Below, piece after piece: positions 8,271-17,944 of a DNA stretch of 64,000 nucleotides (the first letter of the stretch is position 1; every line of letters starts with the position of its first letter). The position numbers and the translations under genes were made by a program. This DNA is from an uncultured Myxococcales bacterium (GTDB lineage Bacteria; Myxococcota_A; UBA9042; CAIXZC01): NCBI GenBank assembly GCA_903895725.1, contig CAITUV010000043.1, positions 11,298 through 75,297 on the forward strand, given 5' to 3'. The notes under the pieces were generated by a model. The model was not told the origin of the DNA and did no database searches. It saw only the letters and a list, made by a program, of their open reading frames with translations.

Positions 8271-11200
8271 TTGGTTCAGAGCGCCCCGCACCGGTTTCTT
8301 GGCGGAATCGTCTTCCTGGCGGTTCTGCCCTGTGCTGCCCTGGTCCTCTCTGCCTGCGGCGGAGGTCGGCGGGCCAGCGACGCTTCCGCCGGGGACATGG
8401 CGGCCGAGCAACAGGTCCGGACCGACGATTCCGCCCCCGCCGACGCTCCCTTCGTGCCGGACGGCGTCACACCCGATGACTCCCCACCGCCCGACCTCCA
8501 ATCTCATGACCGGGTGGAGCCCCCAGATGCTCCGGAGCCGCTCGAGCTCTCACCGCCCTCTGACCTGGCCGACGTTCCGCTGCCGCCTGACGTCGAGGAC
8601 GTTCCCCCGACCCCCGACACCTCGGATCTTGACCTGTCCCCTGACCTCGGGGATGCTCCGCTGATGCCAGAAATTTCGGATCTTCCCCCGACCCCCGACA
8701 CCTCGGATCTTGACCTGTCCCCTGACCTCGGGGATGCTCCGCTGACGCCGGAAATTTCGGATGTTCCCCCGCCCCCGGACAGCTCGGATGCTTCCGAGTC
8801 CTCTGACCTCGGGGACGTTCCAACGGACTCTGACTCTTTGCCCCCGAACCCGGCTTTCAAGTGCAAGGTGTCGGCCGACTGCCTCAAGCACGACGACGAT
8901 GACCTCTGCAACGGAGTGCCGAAGTGCGTCGACGGGGCCTGCTTCCCGGACCCGAAGTCCGCCGTCGTCTGCCCTCCGGCCGAGAGTGACTGCAACATCA
9001 ATCTCTGTCAGCCCGACACGGGGGAATGCGGGACGATGGCCGCTCCGGACGGGAAGGGCTGTGACGATGGCAACCCCCTTACGCTGCTGGACCTCTGCGC
9101 GGACGGGAAATGCCTCGGGACCGGAGCGGCCTCCTGCTCGTTCGATGCCGACTGCGACGACCTCTACCCCTGCACGGTGGACAAGTGCGTCGCCGGCAAG
9201 TGCCAGCGTAATCCGATCACGTGCGCCGAGAGCAAGCCCCAGGACTGCAAGATGGCGGTCTGCAACGCCGCCGGCCAGTGCATCGAGAAGCCGTATGACC
9301 AGGAGGATGCCGTGGTTTACCACGAGGATTTCCTGGACCACCTGGCTCAGGGGTGGACCTACCCGACCCCGGCAGCGCTGGCCAAGGTGGAGGCCTCGAT
9401 GTCGGGGAAGCAGGGCCTGGCGCTGACACTGGTCCCGGGTGGGAGCGTCGTCGTGGCCCCCCCGCTCCTCCAGGCTCCCCCCATGTCGCTGGTCGTGTCG
9501 ATCGCCATCGAGAGCTGGAATCCCGCTGCCTGTGCAGAACAGCGGTTCACGCTCAAGGCCAATGGGAAGGTTGTGACCGACCAGTCCCTGTGCCCCTTTG
9601 GCGAGCAGGAAGGCGGTCTCCTCGCGTTCGGGTTGCCCAAGGGGGTGCAGGGGGTGCTCACGTTGAGCCTCGGGTTCCAGAACCTGGGCCCGAACACCGT
9701 GAAGATCGTGATCGGCTCCCTCCAGATGGAAGGGCAGGGGGGCTCGGCCTGCTGCCAGGATTTCGATCAGGACAAGCTGTGGGCCTGCATCGACAACTGC
9801 CCTGACTGGCACAACCCCGACCAGTCGGACTGCGACTTCGATGGCGTCGGCGATCTGTGCGATCAGGATTCCGACAACGACGGAGTGGACAACAAGTTCG
9901 ATGCCTACCCCTGCAATCCGGCAGCCCAGCTCGACGTCCGCATCGTCGCCACCCGGACGCTGGCACCGCTCGAGCCGGTGGCAGCAGCCTGTAGCCCGGC
10001 GCATCAGGTCTGCTACTTCCTCGAGCTGTCGGGAGACCACGTGCTGGCGGACCTGAGGGGAATCCCGAGCGCCCTGGTATCGCTCCCCGAAATCCAGCTC
10101 GCCCGAAGCGCCACGTTCTGCTCCGACCTGCTCTGGGTCCTTGATTCGGGAACGATCGTGTGGGCGTATGACATTTCCAACCCGAACCGACCCCGCCTGG
10201 TGCAGCAGTATCCGCTCCCGACCGGGCTCGTGAGCCTGGAGCAGACCCTGGCGTGCCACGAGGGCGACCTGATCCTCTCGTCCGGTCACTGGTTCTACGA
10301 GCTTGAGGCCGGCGGCACCTACTCGGAGTTCTTCGACGTCCTCGAGGAGATCTGGGCCGCAGCGATGACCCCGTCGGTGTACCTGGCCGTGACTCGCTCG
10401 CCGCAACCGCCATTCCTCTTCTTCCTTCGGGTGCTCCCGGTGGGCGGAAAACAGTCCATCATCCCGCTCAAAGCCACCCCCGAAGAGCCCTCGCCCGCGT
10501 GCCAGTTTGAGGAGATGACCCTTTCGGGGTGGGGCTCGGCCCATCCGGCCGGAGCGCTCTGGACCGTCGTTCGCGGCTGCCTGCACCCCTCTCTCCAGCT
10601 ACGAGACCCCTGGGCCGCCTGGCTCCCGAGCTCGGACCTCGATGGCGATGGCCTTGCCGACCTGTCCGACCCGGATGACGACGGCGACAGCGTTCCCGAT
10701 CCTGTTGACTTTGCACCGCTCGACAGCTTCACCGCCTCCGACCTGGACGGAGACGGGAAGGGGAACCTCGAGGATCCCGACGACGACGGCGACGGCATGT
10801 CCGACAACTATGCCGGATTGCCCGGGGCTGTCATCACCGAGGAGTGCTTCTTCCCGGGCCTTGCCCTCTCCGGGATCGAGACGGTCGAGCAGGGGTATCG
10901 CCTGGCGGGAGCCGGGGGCACACTGCTCGATGCCGACTTCGCCTGCAACGGCGGGGTTCCGGCAAATCCCCAGTTTGCCGGACTTGATTCCATGGCCTGC
11001 GGGGACGGGGGAGAGTGTGTGTTCCACTCATCCGCCAACAAGGCCCTCTACCGGCTTGTCGGCGACTCGCCCGAGTCCTCGTTCGACTCTCCGGAGCTTC
11101 CTTCCGGAGCAACCCCCCTGAACACCGACCTCGCCTGGTCCGACGACCAGCTCTACCTGGGGAACGATGCCTCCAACCGCATCTTCGCGCTCGACTTCTC

Positions 11201-11897
11201 CGGCAATGTGCGGTCCGAGATTCGCCTGCCGGCGCAATTCGCAGGGATTGCCCGCACCTCCGACGACCGGCTGGTGGTTCTCCTCGCACTCAGCCAGGAT
11301 TCCTCGGCCATCCTGAGAGTGGACCCGGCAGGAAATCTGCTCGGGTTCCTGCCGATCCCCGCGGGCGGCCTGCGGAGCCTTGCCCGGCTCGATGACGACA
11401 CGTTCCTCACTCTGTCGGCGGGAGCCGAAGGGACCTCGATCGTCCGGATCGAGCTGCCGATGGGCCTCCAGGCGTTCGAACCGACCCCCCAGACGTGGGC
11501 GGAAGCGAAGCTCAATCCGCAAGTCATCGTAGCTCCTGACGTGCCCGAATCGACTTCGAACGGCAGCGTCCTGGTGACCTGGCCCCTGCAGCCGATTCCG
11601 GACCTGGCCGGCCTCCAGCTTTGCTGGATCTGCGGCACCGTGGCCGGCTATATCCCGCCCCAGAACTGCAAGGCGGCGTTCCTGACGGCCGGGCAGGGGG
11701 AAGTGACCGGGCTGCCCGCTCAGAAGTGTGCGTTCGAGCTGCGGGCCACCACGCTGTCGGCAGGGGTGGTCTCTTCCCGACGCGTGTCGATTCTCGTCGA
11801 CCAGCCGGGGACCGGCTCCATCGTCTGGAGCAAGACCGGAACCCAAAGCTCCCTGGCATGGACGCTGGTTGCGGTTCCCCGGCTGCTTTCGTTGTAG
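8271..11897 (+). CDS. large secreted lipoprotein with Pro/Asp-rich tandem repeats, a Cys-rich module and thrombospondin-type-3-like Ca-binding Asp repeats
   Basis: ORF 8106..11897; start placed at in-frame TTG 8271 after GGAGGAA, giving signal/lipobox VQSAPHRFLGGIVFLAVLPCAALVLSAC; DxDxDG-type repeats (DSDNDGVDNKFD, DLDGDGLADLSDPDDDGDSVPD, DLDGDGKGNLEDPDDDGDGMSDN); start uncertain. Confidence 0.7.
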   Translation: MVQSAPHRFLGGIVFLAVLPCAALVLSACGGGRRASDASAGDMAAEQQVRTDDSAPADAPFVPDGVTPDDSPPPDLQSHDRVEPPDAPEPLELSPPSDLADVPLPPDVEDVPPTPDTSDLDLSPDLGDAPLMPEISDLPPTPDTSDLDLSPDLGDAPLTPEISDVPPPPDSSDASESSDLGDVPTDSDSLPPNPAFKCKVSADCLKHDDDDLCNGVPKCVDGACFPDPKSAVVCPPAESDCNINLCQPDTGECGTMAAPDGKGCDDGNPLTLLDLCADGKCLGTGAASCSFDADCDDLYPCTVDKCVAGKCQRNPITCAESKPQDCKMAVCNAAGQCIEKPYDQEDAVVYHEDFLDHLAQGWTYPTPAALAKVEASMSGKQGLALTLVPGGSVVVAPPLLQAPPMSLVVSIAIESWNPAACAEQRFTLKANGKVVTDQSLCPFGEQEGGLLAFGLPKGVQGVLTLSLGFQNLGPNTVKIVIGSLQMEGQGGSACCQDFDQDKLWACIDNCPDWHNPDQSDCDFDGVGDLCDQDSDNDGVDNKFDAYPCNPAAQLDVRIVATRTLAPLEPVAAACSPAHQVCYFLELSGDHVLADLRGIPSALVSLPEIQLARSATFCSDLLWVLDSGTIVWAYDISNPNRPRLVQQYPLPTGLVSLEQTLACHEGDLILSSGHWFYELEAGGTYSEFFDVLEEIWAAAMTPSVYLAVTRSPQPPFLFFLRVLPVGGKQSIIPLKATPEEPSPACQFEEMTLSGWGSAHPAGALWTVVRGCLHPSLQLRDPWAAWLPSSDLDGDGLADLSDPDDDGDSVPDPVDFAPLDSFTASDLDGDGKGNLEDPDDDGDGMSDNYAGLPGAVITEECFFPGLALSGIETVEQGYRLAGAGGTLLDADFACNGGVPANPQFAGLDSMACGDGGECVFHSSANKALYRLVGDSPESSFDSPELPSGATPLNTDLAWSDDQLYLGNDASNRIFALDFSGNVRSEIRLPAQFAGIARTSDDRLVVLLALSQDSSAILRVDPAGNLLGFLPIPAGGLRSLARLDDDTFLTLSAGAEGTSIVRIELPMGLQAFEPTPQTWAEAKLNPQVIVAPDVPESTSNGSVLVTWPLQPIPDLAGLQLCWICGTVAGYIPPQNCKAAFLTAGQGEVTGLPAQKCAFELRATTLSAGVVSSRRVSILVDQPGTGSIVWSKTGTQSSLAWTLVAVPRLLSL
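8602..8763. repeat. 81-bp tandem direct repeat x2 (coding, in frame)
   Basis: Copies 8602..8682 and 8683..8763 differ at about 2 positions; encode PPTPDTSDLDLSPDLGDAPL(M/T)PEISD(L/V). Confidence 0.8.
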
Positions 11898-11951
11898 GCC
11901 TCCACGAGATCTGGCCGCTGGTGGTTCGGGAAACCTGGCGAGCCGAGACGG

Positions 11952-13304
11952 TCAGTCCTGCGGGGGAGTCGGAGGGGCCTGAGGAGTCGCATCGCCCCCG
12001 TCCGGGGGAGCGGCGGGACACTGCTCCAGAGGTGCACCCGGCCCCTCTGCAGGCGGCTCGCCCGGCCCCTCATCGGGTGGAGCGAATCCGTCCGGTGGAG
12101 CCCCCTGGCCATTGCCGTCCTGCTCCTCCTGCATCCGCTCGAGCTCCTGGAGCTGGCGCAACAGCTCCTCCTCCGCCGACTGCTCCTGGGCCGTGTTCAG
12201 GTACCAGAGGGTCGCTCCGGCAACCGACAGGACCAGCAGCAGGGCGGGAACGTCTCCCTTGGCGGACAGCGTGGACGTCATCTTCTTCGGGTCGGTCTTC
12301 ACGGTCGTGCTGAACTTCGTCGCCTTGTAGACCCAGTCCACCAGCGCCGCAAACTCCTTGCGGTCTGCCATCAGGTGGAGCAGGTCCGGAGGAAGGTTCT
12401 CCTCGAGCAGTCCCGCATTGGCCAGCAGCGCCAACCCCGTGCCCCGAATCAGCAACGGAAACGCCGCGAGGTAGTCGGCAGCGGCCGTCAGAGTGTCCCG
12501 AGCCCACTCGGCAGCCACCGCGTCCGTCGATACTACGTTCAGCGCCATTCCCTTGGGCTCGAGCCAGAGCGAAACCGATTCCAGCCCCAGCATCATATCG
12601 AGCACGGGGCGGCCGACCTCGGCCTCGACGCCGCTGCGGAGCATCTGGACCCCGAGCAGCCCCGTCATGTCGGCAACTGTCCCGATCAGGGTGCTCGCCG
12701 GCATGGCACCGAGCCGAGCAGATATCGGGGACTTGCCGAACGCCTTCTTGTCGATGAAATCGCGAACGTGCTGTGCGTTCCCGAGCACGAGGAACTGCTT
12801 GTCCGCATAGACCATTCCCCCTCCGACGAGCTGGGAGTCGGGGAGCCTGGCCACCTTGCGCCCTTTGTACTCCTCCTGCACCCCGGAGAGGAGCGACTCG
12901 ACCCCACCTCCGGCCGAGAAGTCTCCGCGCACGACCAGGAAAGCGGACATCATGCCGGCGTTGTCCATGGAGAAGCTCATCATCGCCAGCGTCACTTTGT
13001 TCCGAAAGTCCACTCCGCTCGACCGCACGGCCGCATCGAGCTCCGACTGGAGGTTCGCACGAAGCGCCTCCACCTCGCCCTGCACCTCCGGAATCGTGCG
13101 CAACACCGGGAGCTCGAGGGCCAGCTTGAACACCTCGTCGATCATCTTGAGGGATGAGGACACGTCCGCATACACGACGAGCTGAGCGTTCGGGATGACC
13201 CACGCAGCGGCCTTGGCCGGCGGGACCCTGGGAACCTGGGCCCGCACCTGGATGCTCACCAGGACGATGGCCGCACACATCAGCAATCTGGACAATCTGC
13301 ACAT
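11952..13304 (-). CDS. hypothetical exported/membrane protein with an acidic Pro/Gly-rich C-terminal tail
   Basis: C-terminal 451 codons of ORF 11952..13652; ATG (plus cat 13302..13304) preceded by GAGGAGG; signal peptide MCRLSRLLMCAAIVLVSIQVRAQ; C-terminal hydrophobic helix VPALLLVLSVAGATLWYL followed by an E/P/G-rich tail. Confidence 0.6.
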   Translation of the reverse strand: MCRLSRLLMCAAIVLVSIQVRAQVPRVPPAKAAAWVIPNAQLVVYADVSSSLKMIDEVFKLALELPVLRTIPEVQGEVEALRANLQSELDAAVRSSGVDFRNKVTLAMMSFSMDNAGMMSAFLVVRGDFSAGGGVESLLSGVQEEYKGRKVARLPDSQLVGGGMVYADKQFLVLGNAQHVRDFIDKKAFGKSPISARLGAMPASTLIGTVADMTGLLGVQMLRSGVEAEVGRPVLDMMLGLESVSLWLEPKGMALNVVSTDAVAAEWARDTLTAAADYLAAFPLLIRGTGLALLANAGLLEENLPPDLLHLMADRKEFAALVDWVYKATKFSTTVKTDPKKMTSTLSAKGDVPALLLVLSVAGATLWYLNTAQEQSAEEELLRQLQELERMQEEQDGNGQGAPPDGFAPPDEGPGEPPAEGPGAPLEQCPAAPPDGGDATPQAPPTPPQD

Positions 13305-13543
13305 GCTCGCCTCCTCAGATTCGCCTGCCGAGACTAGCAGGAGCCGCCGACGGCAAGCAAGAAGGATCTTCGGCACGCCCCGCCGGGAGCCAGGCCACGG
13401 TTCAACCGTTTCCTCCGGACGGGAGACGCACCGCCTGCCAACGCTCGAAGCACGGGGGGGCCCATCGCACACACGTTGTCCGCGGTGTCGAAGACCTGCC
13501 GCACGGCGACCTCGTACACCGACCGGTCCGCTTTGAATTTCGC

Positions 13544-13572
13544 TTGCGCTGCGGGCGGGCGGACGGTATAGT
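13544..13572 (+). promoter_or_regulatory. candidate promoter TTGCGC-N17-TATAGT
   Basis: TTGCGC at 13544..13549 and TATAGT at 13567..13572 in an AT-richer patch, about 30 nt upstream of the small secreted-protein start. Confidence 0.35.
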
Positions 13573-13600
13573 TCAAACCGGCAAGAGTGGAGGGAGGAAG

Positions 13601-13852
13601 ATGAGACGGTTCCTGTTTCTCGTGGTTGCTGCCGGCCTGGCCCTGTCCGCAAGCGGCCTCGCCCGAGCGGAGGACAAGGTGAAGTCCAAGTTCTACGACT
13701 TCTCCGAAATGCTCATCGACGGCGAAATCAAGAAGCCTACCGCACTGTACACCGATGCCCGTTCGAAGGTGCAGTTCGACCGCCTGCTCAAGCTGAAGAA
13801 GAGCTTCCTCGAGGCGCTCAAGAGCACCGGCCGGGAAGAGGTCTTCAAGTAG
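13601..13852 (+). CDS. small secreted hypothetical protein (83 aa)
   Basis: ATG 13601 after GGAGGGAGG RBS; signal peptide MRRFLFLVVAAGLALSASGLARA; Lys-rich mature part. Confidence 0.55.
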   Translation: MRRFLFLVVAAGLALSASGLARAEDKVKSKFYDFSEMLIDGEIKKPTALYTDARSKVQFDRLLKLKKSFLEALKSTGREEVFK

Positions 13853-13865
13853 GCTACGGTCCCGC

Positions 13866-15890
13866 GTGCTCGAATTCATCGATGTCTCCAAGTCCTATGG
13901 CTCTCATGCCATCCTGAAGCGTGCCTCGTTCCGAATCGGTGATGGGGAGCGTATCGGTCTGGTCGGTGCCAACGGGTCCGGGAAGACCACCCTGTTCCGG
14001 CTCATAGCGGGTGAGGAATCGCCCGACGAGGGGGCGATCCAGGCCAAGAAGGGCTTGACCCTCGGCTTCCTTCCGCAGGAGATCAACGTCCGTCACGACG
14101 GCCGAGTCCTGGACGAGGTGCTGGCCGCCCTGCCCGAGTACCACCAGGTGGACCGGGAGATTGCCCACATCGACCTGACGCTTCGCCTGGGGGAGGGGCA
14201 TGCCGAGGAGCTGCTCCGACAGAAGGCGCTGCTGGGAATCCGCCTGGAGGAGCTGGGGGGGGAGGGGGTGCGGGCCCGAGCCGCCGCGATCCTGGCCGGG
14301 CTGGGATTCTCCGAATCCGACTTCGAGCGCCCTCTGGCGACGCTCTCGGGCGGCTGGCACATGCGGGTCAACCTCGCCCGCATCCTCATGGCAAGACCGC
14401 AGCTGCTGCTCCTCGACGAGCCGACCAACCACCTCGACCTCCCCTCGATCATCTGGTTCGAGAACTACCTCAAGTCCTTTGAAGGGGCCTACGTCATCGT
14501 CGCCCACGACCGCGAGTTCCTCAACCGCACCGTGGACCGGGTCGTCGAGGTCGACCGGGGGACGCTCTTCCAGTACTCGGGCAACTACGACCTCTACAGG
14601 CGCCGCAAGGCCGAGGCGGAGGAGCACCTCCTCAAGGCGTGGAGGACCCAGCAGGTACGCCTGCGCGAGATCGACGACTTCATCGCACGCAACCGGGCCC
14701 GCAAGGACCGGGCCAGCCAGGTCCAGAGCCGCCTCAAAATGCTCGAGAAGATGGAGCGGGTCGAGGCACCGCGGGGCTCGAATCGGGGTCTCGACTTCCA
14801 GTTCGCGCAGCCCGAGCGCTCCGGAAGCTCGGTCCTGCAACTCCTTGGAATTCACAAGAGCTACGGCGAGAAGCGGGTGTTCTCCGGTGTCGACTTCTCC
14901 CTCAGCCGCACCGAGAAGGTGGGGCTCATCGGCATCAACGGGATGGGCAAGTCGACCCTGCTGAAAATCGCTGCCGGCCACCTGCCGTTCGATACCGGTG
15001 AGCGCAACCTCGGCCACAACGTGACCATCGGCTATTTCGCACAGCACCAGCTCGAGGCGCTCTCCCCGCTTCGTACCGTGCTCGAGGAAATCTACACGGT
15101 GGTTCGGGACGAGAGCCTCTCCACCGTGCGCTCCCTCCTCGGCGCGTTCCTGTTCTCGGGCGACGACGTGGAGAAGAAGGTCTCCGTCCTGTCCGGCGGC
15201 GAGAAGAGCCGGCTGGCCCTGGCCAAGCTGATGCTGCGCCCCGCCAATTTCCTGATCATGGACGAGCCGACCAACCACCTCGACATCGATTCCCGCGAGG
15301 TGCTCGAGTCGGCCCTGCGCCAGTACTCCGGGACCCTCCTCTTCTCCTCCCACGATCGGCGCTTCATCGATGCCATCGCGACCGGGGTCGTGGAGGTCGA
15401 ACGGGGGCTCTTGACGCCGTACGCGGGCAACTACAGTTACTACGAGTTCAAGAAGCGGGAGGAAGCCCAGGCCCGCTCCGCACAGGCAGCGTCGATGCCG
15501 GCTCGCGACCTGGCGGCCGGGAATGGAATCGGCTCGGCTGCCGACCGCACGGCACGGGACGACCGCAAGGAGCGCAAGCGACGCGAGGCCGAGCTGCGCA
15601 GCGAGCTGTACCGACGCGTCCGGCCGCTGCGCGATCGGGTGGAATCGCTCGAGGGGGAGATCTCGTCGCTCGAGCAGGCCATCCGGGATCTCGAGAACGA
15701 CCTGGCGGACCCGTCCCTTTACTCCTCGGCCCCGGAGCGCGTACGCGACAAGGGCGTGGCCCTGGCCCGCAATCGGCGGGAGCTCAACGAGAAGATGGAC
15801 CTCTGGGAGCTGGCGGTCCTCGAAGCCGAAAATGCGGAGCAGGAAGTGCGCACCGAATTCGATGGCGCGGACGGTGCAGAAAATGCTTGA
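13866..15890 (+). CDS. ABC-F family ATPase (tandem ABC domains, no transmembrane domain; Uup/EttA-like)
   Basis: GTG start 13866; two Walker A motifs (GANGSGKTT, GINGMGKST); two ABC signatures (LSGGWHMR, LSGGEKSR); C-terminal coiled-coil/basic tail. Confidence 0.9.
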   Translation: MLEFIDVSKSYGSHAILKRASFRIGDGERIGLVGANGSGKTTLFRLIAGEESPDEGAIQAKKGLTLGFLPQEINVRHDGRVLDEVLAALPEYHQVDREIAHIDLTLRLGEGHAEELLRQKALLGIRLEELGGEGVRARAAAILAGLGFSESDFERPLATLSGGWHMRVNLARILMARPQLLLLDEPTNHLDLPSIIWFENYLKSFEGAYVIVAHDREFLNRTVDRVVEVDRGTLFQYSGNYDLYRRRKAEAEEHLLKAWRTQQVRLREIDDFIARNRARKDRASQVQSRLKMLEKMERVEAPRGSNRGLDFQFAQPERSGSSVLQLLGIHKSYGEKRVFSGVDFSLSRTEKVGLIGINGMGKSTLLKIAAGHLPFDTGERNLGHNVTIGYFAQHQLEALSPLRTVLEEIYTVVRDESLSTVRSLLGAFLFSGDDVEKKVSVLSGGEKSRLALAKLMLRPANFLIMDEPTNHLDIDSREVLESALRQYSGTLLFSSHDRRFIDAIATGVVEVERGLLTPYAGNYSYYEFKKREEAQARSAQAASMPARDLAAGNGIGSAADRTARDDRKERKRREAELRSELYRRVRPLRDRVESLEGEISSLEQAIRDLENDLADPSLYSSAPERVRDKGVALARNRRELNEKMDLWELAVLEAENAEQEVRTEFDGADGAENA

Positions 15891-15916
15891 CACGGTGCCC
15901 CGCCTTCCACTATAAA
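15887..15916 (+). promoter_or_regulatory. candidate promoter for the tRNA array (TTGACA-N18-TATAAA)
   Basis: TTGACA at 15887..15892 (overlapping the ABC-F stop) and TATAAA at 15911..15916; first tRNA begins at 15953. Confidence 0.4.
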
Positions 15917-15952
15917 GCCCCCTGTCCAATTGGGGCGCTTGACTAGCGGCTT

Positions 15953-16026
15953 ACGCCTGTAGCTCAGTTGGATAGAGCAGCGGACTTCTAATCCGCAGGT
16001 CAGAGGTTCGAATCCTCTCAGGCGTG
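15953..16026 (+). tRNA. tRNA-Arg (anticodon TCT)
   Basis: Manual cloverleaf: acceptor ACGCCTG/CAGGCGT, D-arm GCTC-AGTTGGATA-GAGC, anticodon loop CTTCTAA, T-arm AGAGG-TTCGAAT-CCTCT; no encoded CCA. Confidence 0.85.
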
Positions 16027-16060
16027 CGGATTGGGCGACACGAGCCGGTTGATTGTTCGT

Positions 16061-16134
16061 GGTGAGTGTAGCTCAGTTGGCAGAGCGCGGGATTGTGGTT
16101 CCCGTGGTCGGGGGTTCAAATCCCCTCACTCACC
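16061..16134 (+). tRNA. tRNA-His (anticodon GTG, with extra 5' G-1)
   Basis: Acceptor GTGAGTG/CACTCAC preceded by G-1 opposite discriminator C; anticodon stem CGGGA/TCCCG; loop TTGTGGT; T-loop TTCAAAT. Confidence 0.85.
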
Positions 16135-16185
16135 CTGCGGTGACGGGGGGAGGGGTTCCCCGGATTGAAAAGTTGATTCTCCCGG

Positions 16186-16259
16186 ACGCCCGTAGCTCAG
16201 TTGGATAGAGCGTCGGACTTCGAATCCGCAGGCCGCAGGTTCGAATCCTGCCGGGCGTG
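16186..16259 (+). tRNA. tRNA-Arg (anticodon TCG)
   Basis: Near-paralogue of the first tRNA-Arg; anticodon loop CTTCGAA; one 27-43 mismatch in the anticodon stem; T-loop TTCGAAT. Confidence 0.7.
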
Positions 16260-16288
16260 CCGGTAGTTTGTTTGGTTTGACAATTTGT

Positions 16289-16365
16289 GGCCCAGTAGCT
16301 CAACTAGGCAGAGCAGCGGACTCTTAATCCGGAGGTTGAAGGTTCGATTCCTTCCTGGGTCACCA
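16289..16365 (+). tRNA. tRNA-Lys (anticodon CTT), CCA encoded
   Basis: Acceptor GGCCCAG/CTGGGTC; anticodon loop CTCTTAA; T-arm GAAGG-TTCGATT-CCTTC; discriminator A followed by genomic CCA. Confidence 0.75.
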
Positions 16366-16377
16366 CCGTCTTCCCCA

Positions 16378-16459
16378 GCGAGGGTGGCGGAACTGGAAGA
16401 CGCACTGGATTTAGGTTCCAGCGGGTAATCCCGTGGGGGTTCAAGTCCCCCCCCTCGCA
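16378..16459 (+). tRNA. tRNA-Leu (anticodon TAG), class II with long variable arm
   Basis: Acceptor GCGAGGG/CCCTCGC; anticodon stem CTGGA/TCCAG; loop TTTAGGT; variable arm CGGG-TAAT-CCCG; T-arm GGGGG-TTCAAGT-CCCCC. Confidence 0.8.
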
Positions 16460-16519
16460 CCCGATTCCGGATTATCCCTCGGCACCATCCAGGTTCCCCC
16501 CCAACAGCGGAGGTTCTCC

Positions 16520-17926
16520 ATGCAGGTCACGGTCGTTTCCGGCGTCCGTCTCGAGCACAAGATCCAGGTTTCTATCGATGCCCAGCAGGTCGGCAAGCAG
16601 CTCGACGAGGTCGCCAACGACATCGCGCGTCGCGTCCAGATCCCGGGCGGTTACCGCAAGTTCCAGCTCAAGGTCGCCCGCGTCCGGCAGCTCTATCGCA
16701 AGGACATCGCAGCCCAGGTGGCCTCGGACCTCGTCCACGACACGGTGTTCGAGGCCGTCAAGCAGGTCGGCATCCGCACCATCGGGACCCCGGAGATCGT
16801 GTCCATGGACACCCCCTGGTACGGAGCTGGCTTCTCCTATGCCGTGGCCGTCGAGGAGCGCCCTCGACTGGATGACGTGGACTACAAGGGCCTCATGCTC
16901 CCCGTGGCGAGCACCGAAGTCACCACCGAGATGGTCGATGAGGAGCTCGAGCGCGTCCGCAAGCAGCACATCGAGCGGGTTCCATTCACCGGACAGACCC
17001 TCGAGCAGGGCCTCGAAGTCCGCCTGGCGGCCGAGCCGCTCGTCGACGATGCCGAGCTCAAGGAGAAGCTCACCCGGGACATCACCGTCCTCATCGGGCC
17101 CGACGGCATCAAGCCGTTCCTCCTTGAGAAGCTGGTCGGTGCGCCGGTCGGAACCGACTTCGAGGTCGAAGCCGTGGCCTCCGACATCCCGGGCTGGACC
17201 GAGCCGTCCCGGCGCTCCGTCCAGGCCCGCTGGAAGATCTCCGTCAGCGACCCCAAGACCCTCGTGACTCCGCCCGCGGACGACGAGCTGGCCAAGAAGG
17301 CCGGCAACAACAGCCTCCTGGCGCTTCGAGGCGCACTTCGGGAGGAGCTCGAGAAGAAGCTCAAGGACGAGCAGGAGCGTGCCCAGTCCGAGGCTATCGC
17401 GGACCAGCTCATCGGCCGCAACCGTCTCCGACTGCCCGAGCGGGCCGTCTCCCAGGTTTACCAGGAGCGGATGAAGAACCGGGCCGAGGAAATGCGCCGC
17501 ATGTACCCGAACATCCCCGAGGAAACCGTCTCCCAGCTCCTCCAGTACAGCGCCAATGAGGAGCTCTACCGCACCATCCTCGGAACCCGCCTCGAATTCG
17601 TGCTCGAGGAAGTCGCCGAACGCGAGGGGATCGTGGTCTCCGACGAGGAGGTCGAGGCCCGTATCCGTGAGCTGGTTGGCGAGGCCGATGTGACCGAAGA
17701 GTTCCTCCGCTCCCGCATCGGCGATGAGGAGCGGGAATCCCTGCGCCTTTCCATCCGCCGCCAGCGGGCACGCGATGTCGTCATCCGCCTGGGCGTCCGT
17801 CTCCCGGCAGACGAATATGCCCAGCAGATGCGGCGTATCCGGGCTGCACGCAACCTCCCCAAGAAGACCCGCAGGAGCTCGCTCCTCAAGAGGACCCGCT
17901 CCCGGCGGACGAAGTCCAACGCCTGA
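16520..17926 (+). CDS. tig: trigger factor (ribosome-associated chaperone, PPIase)
   Basis: ORF 16433..17926; ATG 16520 after GCGGAGG; typical trigger-factor N-terminus (MQVTVVSGVRLEHKIQVSIDAQQV) and domain order; basic C-terminal tail; immediately upstream of clpP-clpX-lon. Confidence 0.9.
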   Translation: MQVTVVSGVRLEHKIQVSIDAQQVGKQLDEVANDIARRVQIPGGYRKFQLKVARVRQLYRKDIAAQVASDLVHDTVFEAVKQVGIRTIGTPEIVSMDTPWYGAGFSYAVAVEERPRLDDVDYKGLMLPVASTEVTTEMVDEELERVRKQHIERVPFTGQTLEQGLEVRLAAEPLVDDAELKEKLTRDITVLIGPDGIKPFLLEKLVGAPVGTDFEVEAVASDIPGWTEPSRRSVQARWKISVSDPKTLVTPPADDELAKKAGNNSLLALRGALREELEKKLKDEQERAQSEAIADQLIGRNRLRLPERAVSQVYQERMKNRAEEMRRMYPNIPEETVSQLLQYSANEELYRTILGTRLEFVLEEVAEREGIVVSDEEVEARIRELVGEADVTEEFLRSRIGDEERESLRLSIRRQRARDVVIRLGVRLPADEYAQQMRRIRAARNLPKKTRRSSLLKRTRSRRTKSNA

Positions 17927-17944
17927 TACCTGAAGGAGGGTGAC

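Noticed and set aside
16197-16460. 87-aa minus-strand ORF across the tRNA array
   Set aside because: Lies entirely over three well-folded tRNA genes; GTG start with no RBS; translation artefact.
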